Source: Callorhinchus milii (Eukaryota). Taken from it: a DNA stretch of 64,000 nt. Positions within the stretch are counted from its first letter, which is position 1; each line of letters opens with the position of its first letter. The stretch covers positions 138,014,001 to 138,078,000 of the forward strand of contig NW_024704742.1 of NCBI RefSeq assembly GCF_018977255.1. The letters are read 5' to 3'. The position numbers were made by a program, and so were the translations under genes. Under the pieces are notes generated by a model that was not told the DNA's origin, made no database searches, and worked only from the letters and a program-made list of their open reading frames with translations. Shown here piece after piece: positions 48,470 to 61,919 of this stretch.

Positions 48470-49600
48470 ACTACAACAACAACAACTTGGATTTATATAG
48501 CGCCCTCCACGCCGGATGGCGTCTCAGAGCGCTTCACAGTAACGGATCCCGGGGCCGACCCAGGGGAAGGGGGAGGAGCCAGGGGGAGGGGGGGGAAGGT
48601 GATCAAAACCACGGTCGAAAAGAAAGGTCTTCGGCCGAGACCTGAAAATAGGAAGAGAGGGGATGAGGGGAAGGGAGTGAGGAAGGGAGTTCCAGAGCCT
48701 CGGAGCATTGTGGCTGAAGGCACGGCCGCCGAGGGTGGAGCGGAGGACTCGGGGGACGAGGAGGAGGCCAGACCTGGAGGAATGAACGCAATGGGTACTG
48801 CTGTGAGGAAAGAGGAGGTCAGAGAGGTAGAGGGTGTGGAGGAGTGGAAGGATTTGAAGACAAGGGTGAGGATCTTGCAGTCAATCCTCTCTGGGACAGG
48901 GAGCCAGTGCAGTCTGGTGAGGACTGGGGTGATCGGGGAGCGGGGTTTGGTGCGGGTGAGAATGGGCGGCAGAGTTTTGAATAATCTGGATGATCCAGAG
49001 GAGAGGGACTGGTTGGTGACCAGCAAGTTGGTGGGGAGAGGGCCGATGCAGCAGGTGGTGGGTTTCATGGAGATGATGGTAGGTGAGAGGAAGGAGGGAG
49101 AGATGGGGAGGAAGGAATGTAGAATGGGGGCGGTGGTACGAGCAGATGATAGGGAGAGTGAGGGTGACAGACGTGGTGGGTGACGAGAGGCAGGAGGATG
49201 AGGCTGCCTGGCGGATGTTGTGAATTTTAGATGAAAAGAAGTCCATGACCTCCTCGCACTTGGCATTGGATGTGAAGATTGAGGAGGCCTGAGGGGGGGG
49301 CACGGAGGAGGTAGTGGGTGGTAGAAAAAAGGATTTTAGGGTTGTGTTTAGCCTCCAAGATGTTGTTGGAGTAGAAGCCATTTTTGCGTGTGTCAAAGAA
49401 CAGCAGTAGCAGTGGGAGAGAAGGACAGAGGGGGAGTAGCGGATAGAGGGGGGGAGGGAGCAGAGACATTTAGAGAGGAGGGGGTGGCTCGGGTCGGGGC
49501 AGCAGCCAAAACGCGTACCAAGAGAGCAGGAGCGAGCGATTAGTGGGACGGCATCAGCTGCAGACTGTGTGGTCATGGCTGGGGGCAGTGCCAGGGGCTG
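48470..49600 (-). mobile_element. Decayed L2-clade LINE
   Basis: Minus-strand ITPVLTRLHWLPVPERIDCKIL; (gtt)n tail near 48475. Confidence 0.85.
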
Positions 49601-49834
49601 TTGTTGTTGTTGCTGATTTTTTAACTGTGACGTCACGCGATCCACTGATCAACTAACAACCGGGTTCCTACTGACTGTTGGGTAAACAGATGCCGTGGAG
49701 TAAGGAAGCTTGCCCAAGGTTTCGCCCCCTACCCAGGAATCAAACCCGCGTCCTCTCGCTTGTGAGTCGAGTGCTCTAACCACTGAGCTACAGGAATATA
49801 TTCTGTGGAGCACTTTGAGACGTGTCGACAATAT

Positions 49835-51330
49835 GATAACAACAACAAAACTACATTTGTAAAGTGCCTTTCACGTCGGGAGGACATCCCGAACCGCTGA
49901 ACAGTCGGGGATCAGGACCCGAAAGTGTGGGGGGGCAGGGTTGGGACGAGGAAGAGCAGAGGGGGTAGGAGGGCGACTGAAGGCACGGTTGAACACGAGG
50001 GTTTTGAGTCATATCTTGAAGGAGGCAAGAGAGGGAGCGAGGCGAAGGGATTGTGGGATGGAGTTTCAGAGTGGGGGCAGAGAGGCTGAAAGCCCGGCCA
50101 CCGATGGTAGGGCTGGTCGGGCGGGAGACATTGAGCAGGCCGGAGCCCGCTGAATGGAGGGAGCGAGCAGGTAGATAGGTCAGCAGGTCAGAGATGTATG
50201 AGGGGGCAAGGCCATGGATGGCCTTGAAAGTGAGGACAAGGATCTTGAACTCGATCCTCTGGGGGATGGGGAGCCAGTGGAGTCGGGTGAGGGTGGGGAT
50301 GATGGGGTCGCCGAGCCTGGTGTGGGAGAGGACACGAGCTGCAGAGTTCTGGATGACCTGCAGCTTGTGGAGGGAAGAGTTGGGGAGGCCGATAAGGAGG
50401 GAGTTTCCATAATCGACCCTTGAGATGACGAATGTGTGTATGAGGGTTTTCGTGTCCTGAGGGGTGAGGCAGTGGCAGAGTTGGACAATATTGCAGAGAT
50501 GGGGGAAGGCAGAGCATGTCATGGTATGGGTGTGGCAGAGAAAGGACAAGGTGCCCAGGTTCCTAACTGGCTTGATGAGGAAGATTTTGTAACCGTGGGT
50601 GCTGGTGCTGCCAGTGTCTGAGGTGCTGAGGTGCTGGGATGAGCCAATCAGGAGGGCCTCAGTCTTGCTGACATTCAGCTGTAGAAAGTTGGGTCTCATC
50701 CAAGTCTTTATGTCAGATAGACAATCTTGTCAGGACATGAGTGTTCCTGGAATAGAGGGTGGAGGCAGAGAGATAGAGTTGAGTGTCATCCAAGTACATT
50801 TGGAAGTTGATCTGCGGATCATGTCACCAAGGGGGAGCATGTAGACATTGAAGAGGAGGGGACCAAAGATATAGCCCTGAGGAACATCACACAAAACAGT
50901 GTGGGGGCTGGAAGAGAAACCGTTGGCGGAGACAAATTGGAGATGGTGTGAGAGAAAAAACCGGAACCATTCAAGGACAGAACCTTGAAGGTTGAGTTGA
51001 GAGGAGAGGTGGTGGAGGAGGATGGAGTTTTCCACGGTATTGAAGGCAGCAGAGAGGTCAAGGAAGACGAGGAGGCAGAGGGAGTCCTGGTCATGGGTGG
51101 ACAGGATGTCGTTTGTCACCTTGTGCTGTGAGAAGCACGGAAAGCCAATTGGAGGAACTCGTGAGGGGAGTGGTAGGAGAGGAATGAGTGAAGCAACGAC
51201 TCTTTCAAGGACCTTGAAAAGAAAAGGGAGATGGGATGGTAGTTAGAAAGCAGGGATGAGACCAGGGAAGGGTTATTCAGGATGGGAGTGACTATAGCTA
51301 TTTTTAGGGGTATGGGAACTGGAGGATTCT
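49835..51330 (-). mobile_element. Decayed L2-clade LINE RT/C-terminus
   Basis: LDLSAAFNTV, VPQGYIFGPLLFNVYMLPLG, NFLQLNVSKTE, LHWLPIPQRIEFKIL. Confidence 0.92.
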
Positions 51331-51344
51331 GCAATTAATGTATT

Positions 51345-52450
51345 CATAGGATCACAGAATCATACAGCACACAAGGAGGCCATTTGACCCATCATGTCTG
51401 TCTTTCATAAGAGCTATTCAAATTAATCCCACTCCCCCGCTCTCTCCCCATAGCCCTGATCAACCCCCCGCTCTTTCCCCATAGCACTGCAAACTTGTCC
51501 TCCCCAAATAATTATCTCCTTCTCTCTTAAAAGTTGTTATGGAATCGGCTTCCCTCAGCCTTTCAGGCAATGCATTCCAGATCCCAACAACTCGCTGTGT
51601 GTAAACATTTCTCCTCCCCTCCCCTCTGTTTCTTTTAACAACTATTTTAAACTGGTGCCCTCGGGTTCCCGACCCACCGCCAGTGGGAATAGTCTCTCCT
51701 GTTCACCCTATCGAATCCCCTCATAATATTGAAAACTTCTATTAAGTTTCCTCTTAACCCTCTCTGCTCCAAGGAGAATAATCCCAGTGTCTCCGGCCTC
51801 TCCTGATCACTGAAGTCCCTTATTCCTGGTACCATTCAGCATAGAAGTCCTGTAGTTCAGTAGTTAGAAGCGAGAGACCTGGGTTCGATTCCCAGCAGGG
51901 CAAAACCCTGGGCAAGTTTCCTTATTCCCCACACCCAATAATAATCCCTGAAGAAAAAAAAACAACAATAAATTGGTCACTTCAATCCACGACTGTTTGT
52001 GGGACGCTGCGGTGTGCAATTGGCTGCTGCATTTCGCCCACAAATACACAGTCAATTCACTTTACAGTATATTCTAAGAAGCGCTTTGAGACGTCTCGAA
52101 GACATGAAAAGCGCTATATCAAATGTAAGGATTATTTATTTATTATTTACCATGCTAGTAAATCTTCTTTGCGCCCTCTCCAATGCCTTGACATCCTTCC
52201 TAAAATGTGGGGCGCAGAAACTGAACTTGTGTTTTATGTAAAGGTTCATCATAACTTCCTGATTTTTGCATTCTATTTATTTATAAAACCGAGTATCTTG
52301 AATGTTTTTTTAACAGCTTTACCCACTTGTCCGGCCACCTTAAAAGATTTACTTACATGAACCCCCAGGTCTCTCTGTTCCTTTACCCCCTTTAAAATTC
52401 TACCTTCAGCTTATATTTCCTCTCTTCACATCAATATTCTTCCCCCTCCT
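51345..52450 (-). mobile_element. CR1 LINE 3' fragment interrupted by a SINE (51846-52147, +)
   Basis: LGLFSLEQRGLRGNLIEVFNIMRGFD on the minus strand; CR1 3'UTR. Confidence 0.85.
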
Positions 52451-52599
52451 ATATATTATTATTTATAATAATCCTTGCATTTGATAAAGCATTTGATAAA
52501 GCGCTTTATCACATTGTTGTGACATCGCAAAGCTCCCCCCACCCCACAAACATACACAGACCCACAGTGACACATAGACACCCAACTCGTACAGACACG

Positions 52600-53488
52600 G
52601 AAGCAGTAAACAGTGAGAAGGATAGGAGCCGACTGCAGGAAGACATAGACAGATGGTAAAATGGGCGACACATGGCAGATGAGTTTCAATGTGGAGAAAT
52701 ATGAGGTAATGCATTTTGGAAGAAAGAATGAAGGGCAATATAGGCGGTAATACAATCTTAAGGGGGTAAAACAACAGAGAAACCTGGGGGTCAGGTAAAT
52801 GAATCCTTGAAGGTGGCAGGACAGGGAGATAAGGCTGTAAAAGGGTATATGGGATACTGGGCTTTATAAATAGGGGCATAGAGTACAAGAGTCAGGAGGT
52901 TATAATTAACCCATATAAACACTGGTTAGGCCTCAGTTAGAATACTGCCCCAGTTCTGGGCCCCACACTATAGGAAGGACGTTAAGGCATTGGAAAGGGT
53001 ACAGAGGAGATTTACGAGGATGGGACCAGGAATGAGGGGCCGTGATGATGAGGAAAGGCGAGAGAGGCCGGGATTATTCTCATTGGAGCAGAGAAGGTTA
53101 CGAGGACCTAATAGAGGTCTTCAAAATCATGAGGGGATTTGATGGGTTAGAAAGGGAAAAACTGTTCCCACTGGTGGGAGTGTTAGTGACTCGAGGTCAC
53201 AGATTCAAAATAGTCTCTAAAAGAAGCCGAGGGGAGAAGAAATTTTTTCACGCAGCGAGTTGTTCGAATCTGGAAGGCACCGCCTGAAAGGGCGGTCGAG
53301 GCCGATTCGATAACTCCTTTTAAAAACGCGGTGGACGGGTATTTGAGGAGGACGGGTCTGCAGGGTTATGAGGAAAGGGCCGGGGAGTGGGACTGACATT
53401 ACATTGCTCTATTCAAAGAGCTGCACAGACTCGATGGGCCGAATGGCCTCTTTTTGTGCTGTACGATTCTATGATTCTATGATTCTAT
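52600..53488 (+). mobile_element. CR1 LINE 3' fragment with (gattctat)n tail
   Basis: WQMSFNVEK, DLIEVFKIMRGFD; tail at 53465-53488. Confidence 0.9.
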
Positions 53489-55857
53489 GTAGCACTTTGT
53501 CAAATGCCTTTTGAAAGTCCATATAAACTATATCAACTGCACTACCTTTATCCACCCTCTCCGTTACCTCATCGAAAAATTCTATTAGATTTGTTAGACA
53601 AGATTTGCCTTTAATAAATCCATGTTGGGGGTCCCTAATTAACCACTATTCTTCTAAGTGAAGATTTATTCTGTCCCGGATTATACTCTATGCCCCTATT
53701 TATAAAGCCTAGTATCCCATATGCCCTTTTTACAGCTTTATCTCCCTGTCCTGCCACTTATCTCTTATCTGTCCTGCCTCCTTCAAGTCCCACCTCAAAA
53801 CCTTCCTCTGTCCATGCCATCGGCCACCCCCCTTCCCCTCCCCTCCCTTCTCCCCCCCTGACCCCAGCTCAGGTCTGAAATGCTGTACACTGTCCAGGGC
53901 CTTGGGACGTTCTCCCGACGTGAAAGGCGCTATACAAATGTAATCTTGTTGTTGTTGTTGAAGGCAAAACGGCCTTACGGCTGAGACTGGCTGGAATTTT
54001 AGACCTCTGCTACTTAGGCTCCTCAATTTACAATGTGCGGCTGCCGCTTGTGTATATGTGTGTGTGAGAAAGAGAGAGAGAGATAAATAGAGAGAAGCCA
54101 GTATGGAATTCTGTTCACTGGGCACTTTTCCAAACCACATATAATCTCTTGTTCCTTAGCCCGACCCCACCCTCTCTCTCTCTCTCCCTCCAGAAAGGCA
54201 GATAGTATTTTCCGATGACGGTGACGGTGTGTGAATGTCTACGTATCTGTGCAGGGGTAAGGGGAGGGTGAGGTTCCTCAAGGAAGTAGGCGGAAGACAC
54301 TTACTTGGAATCACAGTGGCTTTAAAGTTTATATTTTTCTCACTTGCTTTGGTTTTGTGTGGGCAAAATCATTTTGATTCCCAGTGATTAGTCACTCACT
54401 TTGACCGAGAGTTTTGTCTAGCTGAGTCTTAGCTCACATTGCACCAAATCCCATGAATAGAGATTTCGTGGAAATACAATTAGCCGTAATTCTCATCAGA
54501 AATCAATCTCCAGAATTTCCATGTTTACGTGGAAAGCATGGAATGCTCAGTGTGGTTTGGATACTCTTAAGGCTAATAATAATCCTTGTATTTGATAAGG
54601 AGTCTATTGATGTGAACTCAGAACTCATCTCAAAGCGCTTCACGGGACATATTGTAAAGTGGATTGACTGTGGATTTCAATATGTTTCGCTCTGTGACAA
54701 CCCTGCAAGCTTGTGAGTTCACCTTTGGAACTTATGAGCTACGCTCGCAAAGTCCGCAACACCTTTTTAAAATACTTTCTTGTGTATCTTGATAGCTCCA
54801 AACACGTCTACTACACGATCAAAATCTAGTGTCTGTGTCAAACCCTACTCAATAGACAGGATTGCGAGTGTGTTCACTTTCTCCTGGATCGTTGTAGACC
54901 TCAGTGAGTTTTTGATGAGACTCAACTTTGTGAACGAGTGTCACCTTGACAGACTGTCACCTTGGGCGTGTTAAGAACATTTGCGGCGTCTCCTTAGAGC
55001 TGAACTGGCCCCAAGGTGACGTTTGGCAACGGAATGTCGGAATCGAGCCACCGCTCTGTGTGACAGTCTCCAGTCTGGTTCCTGAGCCACGTGGGTCCAC
55101 AGTATTCCAGGGCACTCACTGCTGATGACTAGGCCAGAGCCCGATGAGCAGAGGGAGCGAACAGGATGGTAGAGGGTTAGGAGGTCGGAGAGCTGGTGGG
55201 TAGCAAGACCATGGAGGGCTTTGAAGGTGAGGATCAGGATATTGAACTGTATCCTTTGTGTGATGGGAAGCCAGTGGAATTGGGCAAGGATGGGGGTGAT
55301 TAGGGATACGGATCCTAGTGCGGGAGAGGACATGGGCAGCAGAGTTCTGGATGACCTGCAGCCTGTGGAGGGAGGAGTTGGGGAGGTTTGCACAATCAAG
55401 TAATAGAGGAATCCTTTCTAGTAATCACAGTGTTGTTAAAGTTAGCATTGTTTTGACTTGCTGTGGTTTCTGTGGACAAAACCGCTGTGATTGCCTGTAA
55501 TTAATCTTACACTCTGTCCAACTGAACATCCAGGAACTGACTCCCACTGCCACGAACCGTGAATCCCAATAAGTAGAGATCTCATAGAGTTGTTACCGGT
55601 ATCTCAATCGGCCTTTAAACCCACCAACAACCTGTCCCTGGGATTTCCTGTGAAACTGATAATTCTCAGTGGAATCCTCAGTGTGGTTTGGAGACGCATA
55701 ATAATAACAATAATAATGACAATATTAATAATAACAATAATAATAATAATAATAATAACAATAATAATAATAATTCTTGCATTGATATAGCGCCTTATCA
55801 TATCGTTGAGGCGTCTCAAAGTGCTTCACAGACTATACTGTAAAGTGAATACTGTAA

Positions 55858-57662
55858 AGCACATAAAGGAAAAAAGGTTAGTTAAAGGTAGGGTGGGGCC
55901 AGTCAAAGGCAATGACGGCCATCTTGTGGAGGCAGAGGAATGGCTGATGTACTGAACGAGTACTTTGCATCTGTCTTCACAGCAGAAATGGATGCCCCAA
56001 ATGCCGAGTATTGGATGAGAGGGCAGAGGAAATAGATCAGATTACTATAGACAGAGAGGAAGTTCTGAAAAGATTGACTGGGCTCAAAATTGATAAGTCC
56101 CCAGGACCAGATGGGTTTCACCCAAGGTTGCTGTGGGAGATACGGGTTCAAATAGCGGAGGCTTTGGCCATTATATTTCAATCTTCATTGGACACAGGAG
56201 TGGTGCCAAGAGACTGGAGAGAGGCTAATGTTACCCCACTCTACAAAAAGGGGCAGAAAGACAAACCCGGAAATTACAGGCCAGTCAGCCTAACCTCGGT
56301 AATAGGAAAACTACTGGAGACCATAATCCGGGACAGAATAAATCTCTACTTAGAGGAACACGAGGTAATTAGAGACGGCCAACATGGATTTGTTAAAGGC
56401 AAATCTTGCCTAACAAATCTAATAGAATTTTTTGAAGAGGTGACTGCGAGGGTTGATGAGGGAAATGCGGTGGACATTATTTACATGGATTTTAAAAATG
56501 CTTTTGACACAGTGCCGCATAAGAGGTTAATAAAAAAATTAGAGGCCCACAGTATTAAGGGGACAGTGGCAGTTTGGATTAGGAACTGACTGAGTGACAG
56601 AGAGCAGAGAGTGGTGGTTAATGGGTGTTTCTCGCAATGGAAGGAGGTGTGCAGCGGTGTCCCCCAGGGATCGGTATTGGGACCACTGCTCTTTCTAATA
56701 TATATTAATGATCTGGACTTGGGCATAGGGAGCACTATTTCCAAGTTTGCAGATGATAAAGTTAGGTAGGGTAGTAAATAGTGAGGAGGACTGTAACCAA
56801 CTGCAGGCAGACATACACAGAATGGTGGAATGGGCTGACATGTGGCAGATGGATTTCAATGTGGATAAGTGTGAGGTGATACACTTAGGAAAAATGATAG
56901 GAGGCAATATAGACTTGGAGCTCAATCTTAAGGGGGGTGAACGTACAGAGAGATCTGGGTGTTCAAGTAAGCAAATCATTAAAGGTAGTGGGGCAGGTAG
57001 ATAGGGCAGTAAAAAAGGCATTTGGTGTACTGAGCTTTATTAGTAGGGCATAGAGTATAAGAGTAGGGGTTATGGTTAATCTGTACAAAACACTGGTTAG
57101 GCCTCAGCTGGAGTACTGCGTCCAGTTCTGGGCACCTTACCTCAGGAAGGACATTAAGGCACTGGAAAGGGTGCAGAGGAGATTCACGAGAATGATACCA
57201 GGAATGGGGAACCTTAGCTATGAGGACAGTGGAGAAGTTAGGACTTTTCCCATTAGAGCAGAGAAGGTTACGCGGGGACCTGATAGAGGTCTTCAAGATC
57301 ATGAAAGGTTTCGACAGGCGAGATAGGGAAAAGCTGTTTCCGCTGGTAGGTGTGTCTGTGACCGTGGTCACAGTCTTAAGATATCTACCAAAAGAAGCAG
57401 AGGGGAGGTTAGAAGAAATTTTTCACTCAGCGAGTTGTTAGAATTTGGAATGATCCGCCCGAAAGGGCAGTGAAGTCCGATTCGATAACAGCTTTTAAGA
57501 GAGGACTGGACAGGTATCGGGGAAGACGGGTTTGCAGGTTATGGGGAGAAAGCTGGTGATTGGGGTTAGTGAAAGTGACGCTCTGTCAAAGAGCTGCACA
57601 GACTCGATGGGCCGAATGGCCTCCTTCTGCGCCATAACATTCTATGATTCTATGATTCTATG
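55858..57662 (+). mobile_element. 5'-truncated CR1 LINE (ORF2 RT, disrupted)
   Basis: [54 protein letters not shown]; (attctatg)n tail. Confidence 0.96.
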
Positions 57663-58408
57663 TATGTGTGTGTGTATGTGTATGTGTGTGTATGTATGCG
57701 TATGTTTGTATATGTATGTATATATGTGTGTGTCTATGTGTATATGTGTGTGTGTATGTTTGGGACGTCTAGAAGACGTGAAAAGCGCTATATCAAATGC
57801 AAGGATTATTATTATTATGTGTTGCATGTCTTTGCGTGTATGCATGTTCCTTGACGTGTGCTCTGATTTCATGCAACACAGACTGTCTCAGCTTCTGTGG
57901 AATGTTTACACAGCCTCACTTTTGGCCCTGATCTCAGTGTTGGCTCCGAGGTATGTGGGTTGCGTAACCGGAAGTCAGTGTCTTTGCAATCTACAGCCCA
58001 CCTCACTCCCCCCCTAGCAGCCCACCTTCCCCTGAACCCCCCCCCCTCCCGCCACCCCCACCCCCACCCACCAGCCCTCAGCCCAAGACAAACTTTCATA
58101 TTATTAACTCTGAGCATCTCACATTGTTTCACAGATCTTTACGGTTAGGTGTAAGGAGTGTCTGCTCTCAGCCGTCTGCACTCTCGCCTCAAGATTTGGG
58201 TTCGAGCCAAACTCATCCCCCCACCATCCCCTCCCCTCGCTTTCAGGGTACAGAGCTGTGCAGTGCAGTGCTGGGGGTGGGGAGAGAGAGGGAGAGAGCA
58301 TTGCATTGTCAGAGATGCCGTCCTCCGGATGAGAAGTGCTTTCAGACCTGGAAGGCGCTGGGTCAGATGTCAGGGTTATCATTAATTTTATCATCTTCAA
58401 TCTCATGT

Positions 58409-58770
58409 GGAGTCCCATATTGCAGTGTTTAGAGCCCTCACCTTGCAAGCCAGAGGACCTGGGTTCGATTCCCGGGCAGGACGAAACCTTAGACAAGTTT
58501 CCTTACTCCACACACCTCTGTTTTCGCAGCAGTGAGTAGGAACCCGGTTGTCAGTCGATTGGCGGATCGCTTTCTGGGGGTAATTAATAATCCCTCCAAA
58601 AAAAGTTGCTCACTCAATCCACGACTGTTTGCGGGGACACTGCTGGGCCAATTGCCTGCCGCGTTTTGCCCACAAAATACAATTCACTCCACAGTATATT
58701 CTGTGAAGCCCTTTGAGACGCCTGAAATGTGTGATAAGGCGCCACATCAAATACAGGATTATTATTATTA
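58409..58770 (+). mobile_element. tRNA-derived SINE just upstream of the chemokine promoter
   Basis: Family head with B box, and tail. Confidence 0.82.
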
Positions 58771-58889
58771 AATCTCAGCCTCTGGCGAAGGAGTCTCCAA
58801 CAGTGAAACCGTTGATCAGGATTTACTGCTGTGATTTATGCTTTGTCAGATTCCCCTGAAGCATGTCTTAACTTACAATGCATGGGGGA

Positions 58890-59000
58890 TGGGCGGGGGA
58901 GTGACTGAGTCACTGATAGACGGTGTGTGGCTGTGGGTGACGTTGGCTGATGTCAGTGGAAAGGTGAGGGCGGAGAGTTTGAAACCTGCTGCATAAATAC
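58890..59000 (+). promoter_or_regulatory. Chemokine proximal promoter
   Basis: GC box gggcgggg at 58891, AP-1 TGAGTCA at 58906-58912, TATA-like CATAAATA at 58992-58999, about 100 nt before the ATG. Confidence 0.7.
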
Positions 59001-59100
59001 ACCTGAGCTCAGGGCAGCTACACACTCAGCTCCTCACAGCTCAGCTCATCACAGCTCAGCTCATCACAGCTCAGCTCCTCAGTCACAGACAGCCAACAGC

Positions 59101-60380
59101 ATGGACACCAAGATCATCCTCCTTCTCCTGGTCACAGCCCTCGCTGCTCTCCACACCACACAAGGTGAGTGTCTGCTGCCTCCTGCCTCCCACACCAACC
59201 TCACTCCGTTTCTCTTCTCAATCTCTGCCGTCAAGTGGACTTGGGTTTGAGCCCCAGATCGGGGTATCTGAGCTCACAGTCCAGGCTGACACTCCAGCGC
59301 AGGGCTGGGGGGACACAGAGAGAGAGAGAGAGAGAGATACTTTGTCAAAGGCTCCATCCTTCGGATGAGATATTAAACAGAGCTCCCCCCAACTCTTTGT
59401 ACGTTCAAGCCCAATGCACACTCTGGGGTCCCCCAAAGCCTTGGCTCTCACCAACCTGCGCCTAATACTCTCCGGAATTAGGTAAGCAGGAGCCCTCCCT
59501 CCAGGGAGAGAGCGCACATTCCATCCCAACTATCTATCTCTGGCATTTCCAGGTGTAGGAGGGATGGACGGAAATCTCAGCTGTGTTTGGAGACTCTTAA
59601 GCAAAGCTGATGGGTTTCCCCGTGTGTCAGACACCCGACTGGGCAAAAAATAATTCAGGTAGTCATTAAAGGGAACGGTTGCCTGTTATTTGGTGAGCGC
59701 TGTACATCCAGGAGAGAGAGAAAGAAAAAGTGTTGAGAATAATGGTGTGTGTTTTTACAGGGTTTCCAGCATTCCCACCTATCTCATGTTGCACCCGGGT
59801 GGTTAATTACTTCACCAAACACCTGGGGAAACGGGTCACGAAAGTGGAGATTCAGAAAACTAATCACTGCACGATCAAGGCCGTTGTGTAAGTTTTACTC
59901 ACAGAAATTTATTATTGATAACAATAATAAACCTTGCATTTGATATAGCACCTTACCACACAGTTGCGATGTCTCAACGCGCTTCAAACAATATACTCTA
60001 AAGTGTTGTGACTGTGTATTTTGTGGGCGAAACGTGGCGGCCCAATTGCCCACAGCAGTGTCCCACAAACAGTCGTCATAATATTAATCTTTGCGCCTCA
60101 CGTAGCGCCTTATCAAGTCTTCGCAACGTCTCAAAGCGCTTCACAGCATATACTGTAACGTATGGTGACTGTATATTGTGGGTGAAACACACGTGTTGTG
60201 TGGGGTGTTGAGCAGTGTGTGACTGCGGGTTGGTTATTATGGGATGGCGGGGGTGTCTGGTTGCTAATGGGCTGTGTTTTGATGTCTCTTAGGCTTCACA
60301 TACGCAAACGTAAGCTTTGCGTGGATCCCAATAACAAGGTTCTGAAAAAGTGGCTGAAGGCGAGAAAGATCCCCATGTGA
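59101..60380 (+). CDS. CC chemokine, CCL27/CCL28-like; exons 59101-59164, 59761-59887, 60293-60380; 92 aa
   Basis: MDTKIILLLLVTALAALHTTQG|FPAFPPISCCTRVVNYFTKHLGKRVTKVEIQKTNHCTIKAVV|LHIRKRKLCVDPNNKVLKKWLKARKIPM*. Signal peptide, CC motif, CVDP...W, and the phase 1/phase 2 introns typical of CC chemokines. Confidence 0.92.
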
Positions 60381-60678
60381 GGGTGTGCGAGCGACGACCA
60401 GGACGAGGGGAGGGGAAGGGGAGATCCCGGATGGAAGTGAACCCCAACCACGGAAAGCCCACATGTGCCACTTGCTCCGAGGCCTTCAGTCATCCAGACA
60501 CACAGGCCTCTCGCCTACACCTGTCCCGAGCACCAACTGAGCGCAGTGATTCGGGCAGGACTGCACTTTAAGACACTCACACTGTGAAACGTTCTGTACA
60601 CGCCTTATACACGCCTCTTACACACTCTGTACATGTGTGCAATGCAATATTTATCACCGTTGTTGGTCAGACCGATTT

Positions 60679-60684
60679 AATAAA
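60679..60684 (+). terminator. Chemokine poly(A) signal AATAAA
   Basis: 300 nt after the stop; ATTTA elements at 60649 and 60675; T/GT-rich downstream. Confidence 0.75.
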
Positions 60685-61919
60685 TAACAGTTTTTGTTAA
60701 TATTTGAATCTGAGTTTCATTCAATCATCCTCTCCGCGACTTTCGCTCTCTCTCTCCATCTCTCCTTCCCTCTCCATCTCTCCTTCCCTCTCCATTTCTC
60801 CCCCTCTCTCCATCTCTCCCTTCCTTTCCATCTCTCCCTCCCTCTCCATCTCTCGTCTCTTTCTCCATCTCTCCATCTCCCATCTCTCTCTCCATCTTTA
60901 CCCTCCCTTTGCATTGGGGCTCGGCCTGGGGTTGAGATCAGTGTTTGCGGTGAGGGTTGGGGCTGGGTTTGAAGTTAAAGTTGGGCTGGGGTTTGGGTTG
61001 TGCCTGGGATTTTGTTTGGGGGTTGGGGCCGGGTTTGAGATTGGGGTGGGGCTGGTGTTGTGGCTGGGGTTGGGGTTCAGCATTATGGGAAATATTGAGC
61101 TCCTGACCACCTTCTTTTGGCTGAGATTGGTATTGCAGCACTTCCCATCTGAGGAGTGTGACCTGCCCTCACACAGAGAAAGCAGAGATACTGGAATGCA
61201 GAGCTGACTTGAGCACCTGGTCACGAGCTCAGGTCGGGCTTGTCCTGCTGAAGAGGCCATCCCATGACCTGGTGAAGTTCAGCTCTGCATTGTCCTTTGA
61301 TAATCTGTGGCCTGGAAAAGTTTGGGGGGGGTCTTGTCTGAACTAATCATCCCTCCCTCTCCATTTCTCCCCTTCCTCTCCATCTCTCCATCCCTCTCCA
61401 TCTCTCCATCCTCTTCCCCTCTCCTCATGTATCCCTCCCTCTCCATCTCTCGCCTGCCTCTCCATCTCTCCCCTCCCTCTCCATCTCTCTCCCTCACCCC
61501 ATCTCTCCTCCCTCTCTTCATTGCTCCTCTCCCTTTTCATCTATCATATCCCTCCCCATCTCTTCCCTCTATCTCAATTTGTGCCTTCCCTCTCCATCAT
61601 TCCCTCCCTCTCCATCTCTCCCCCTCCTTGCATCTCCATAAGACATAGGAGCAGGAGTAAGCTATTTGGCCCCTTGCGCCTGCCCTGCCATTTAATAAGA
61701 TCATGGCTTCTTCTAACCTAAATCCATTTACCCGCCCTATCCCATATCCCATAATCCCTCTGTCCTCTAGAAATCTATCAACCTCAGTCTTGAATCTTGC
61801 TCTCCCTCTCCATCTCTCCTCACTCTCCATCTTTCTCCATTCTCCATCTCTCCTCTCCTCCATCTCTCCCTCTGTATCTATTATCTTCCTCTCCATCTCT
61901 CTATCTCCATCTTTCCCTC

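Noticed and set aside
54194..54256. Possible exon (ctccag ... gtaagg)
   Set aside because: Stops in all three frames and no partner exons; at most non-coding
56011..57441. Active reverse transcriptase or novel RT system
   Set aside because: Ordinary 5'-truncated CR1 with stops and frameshifts
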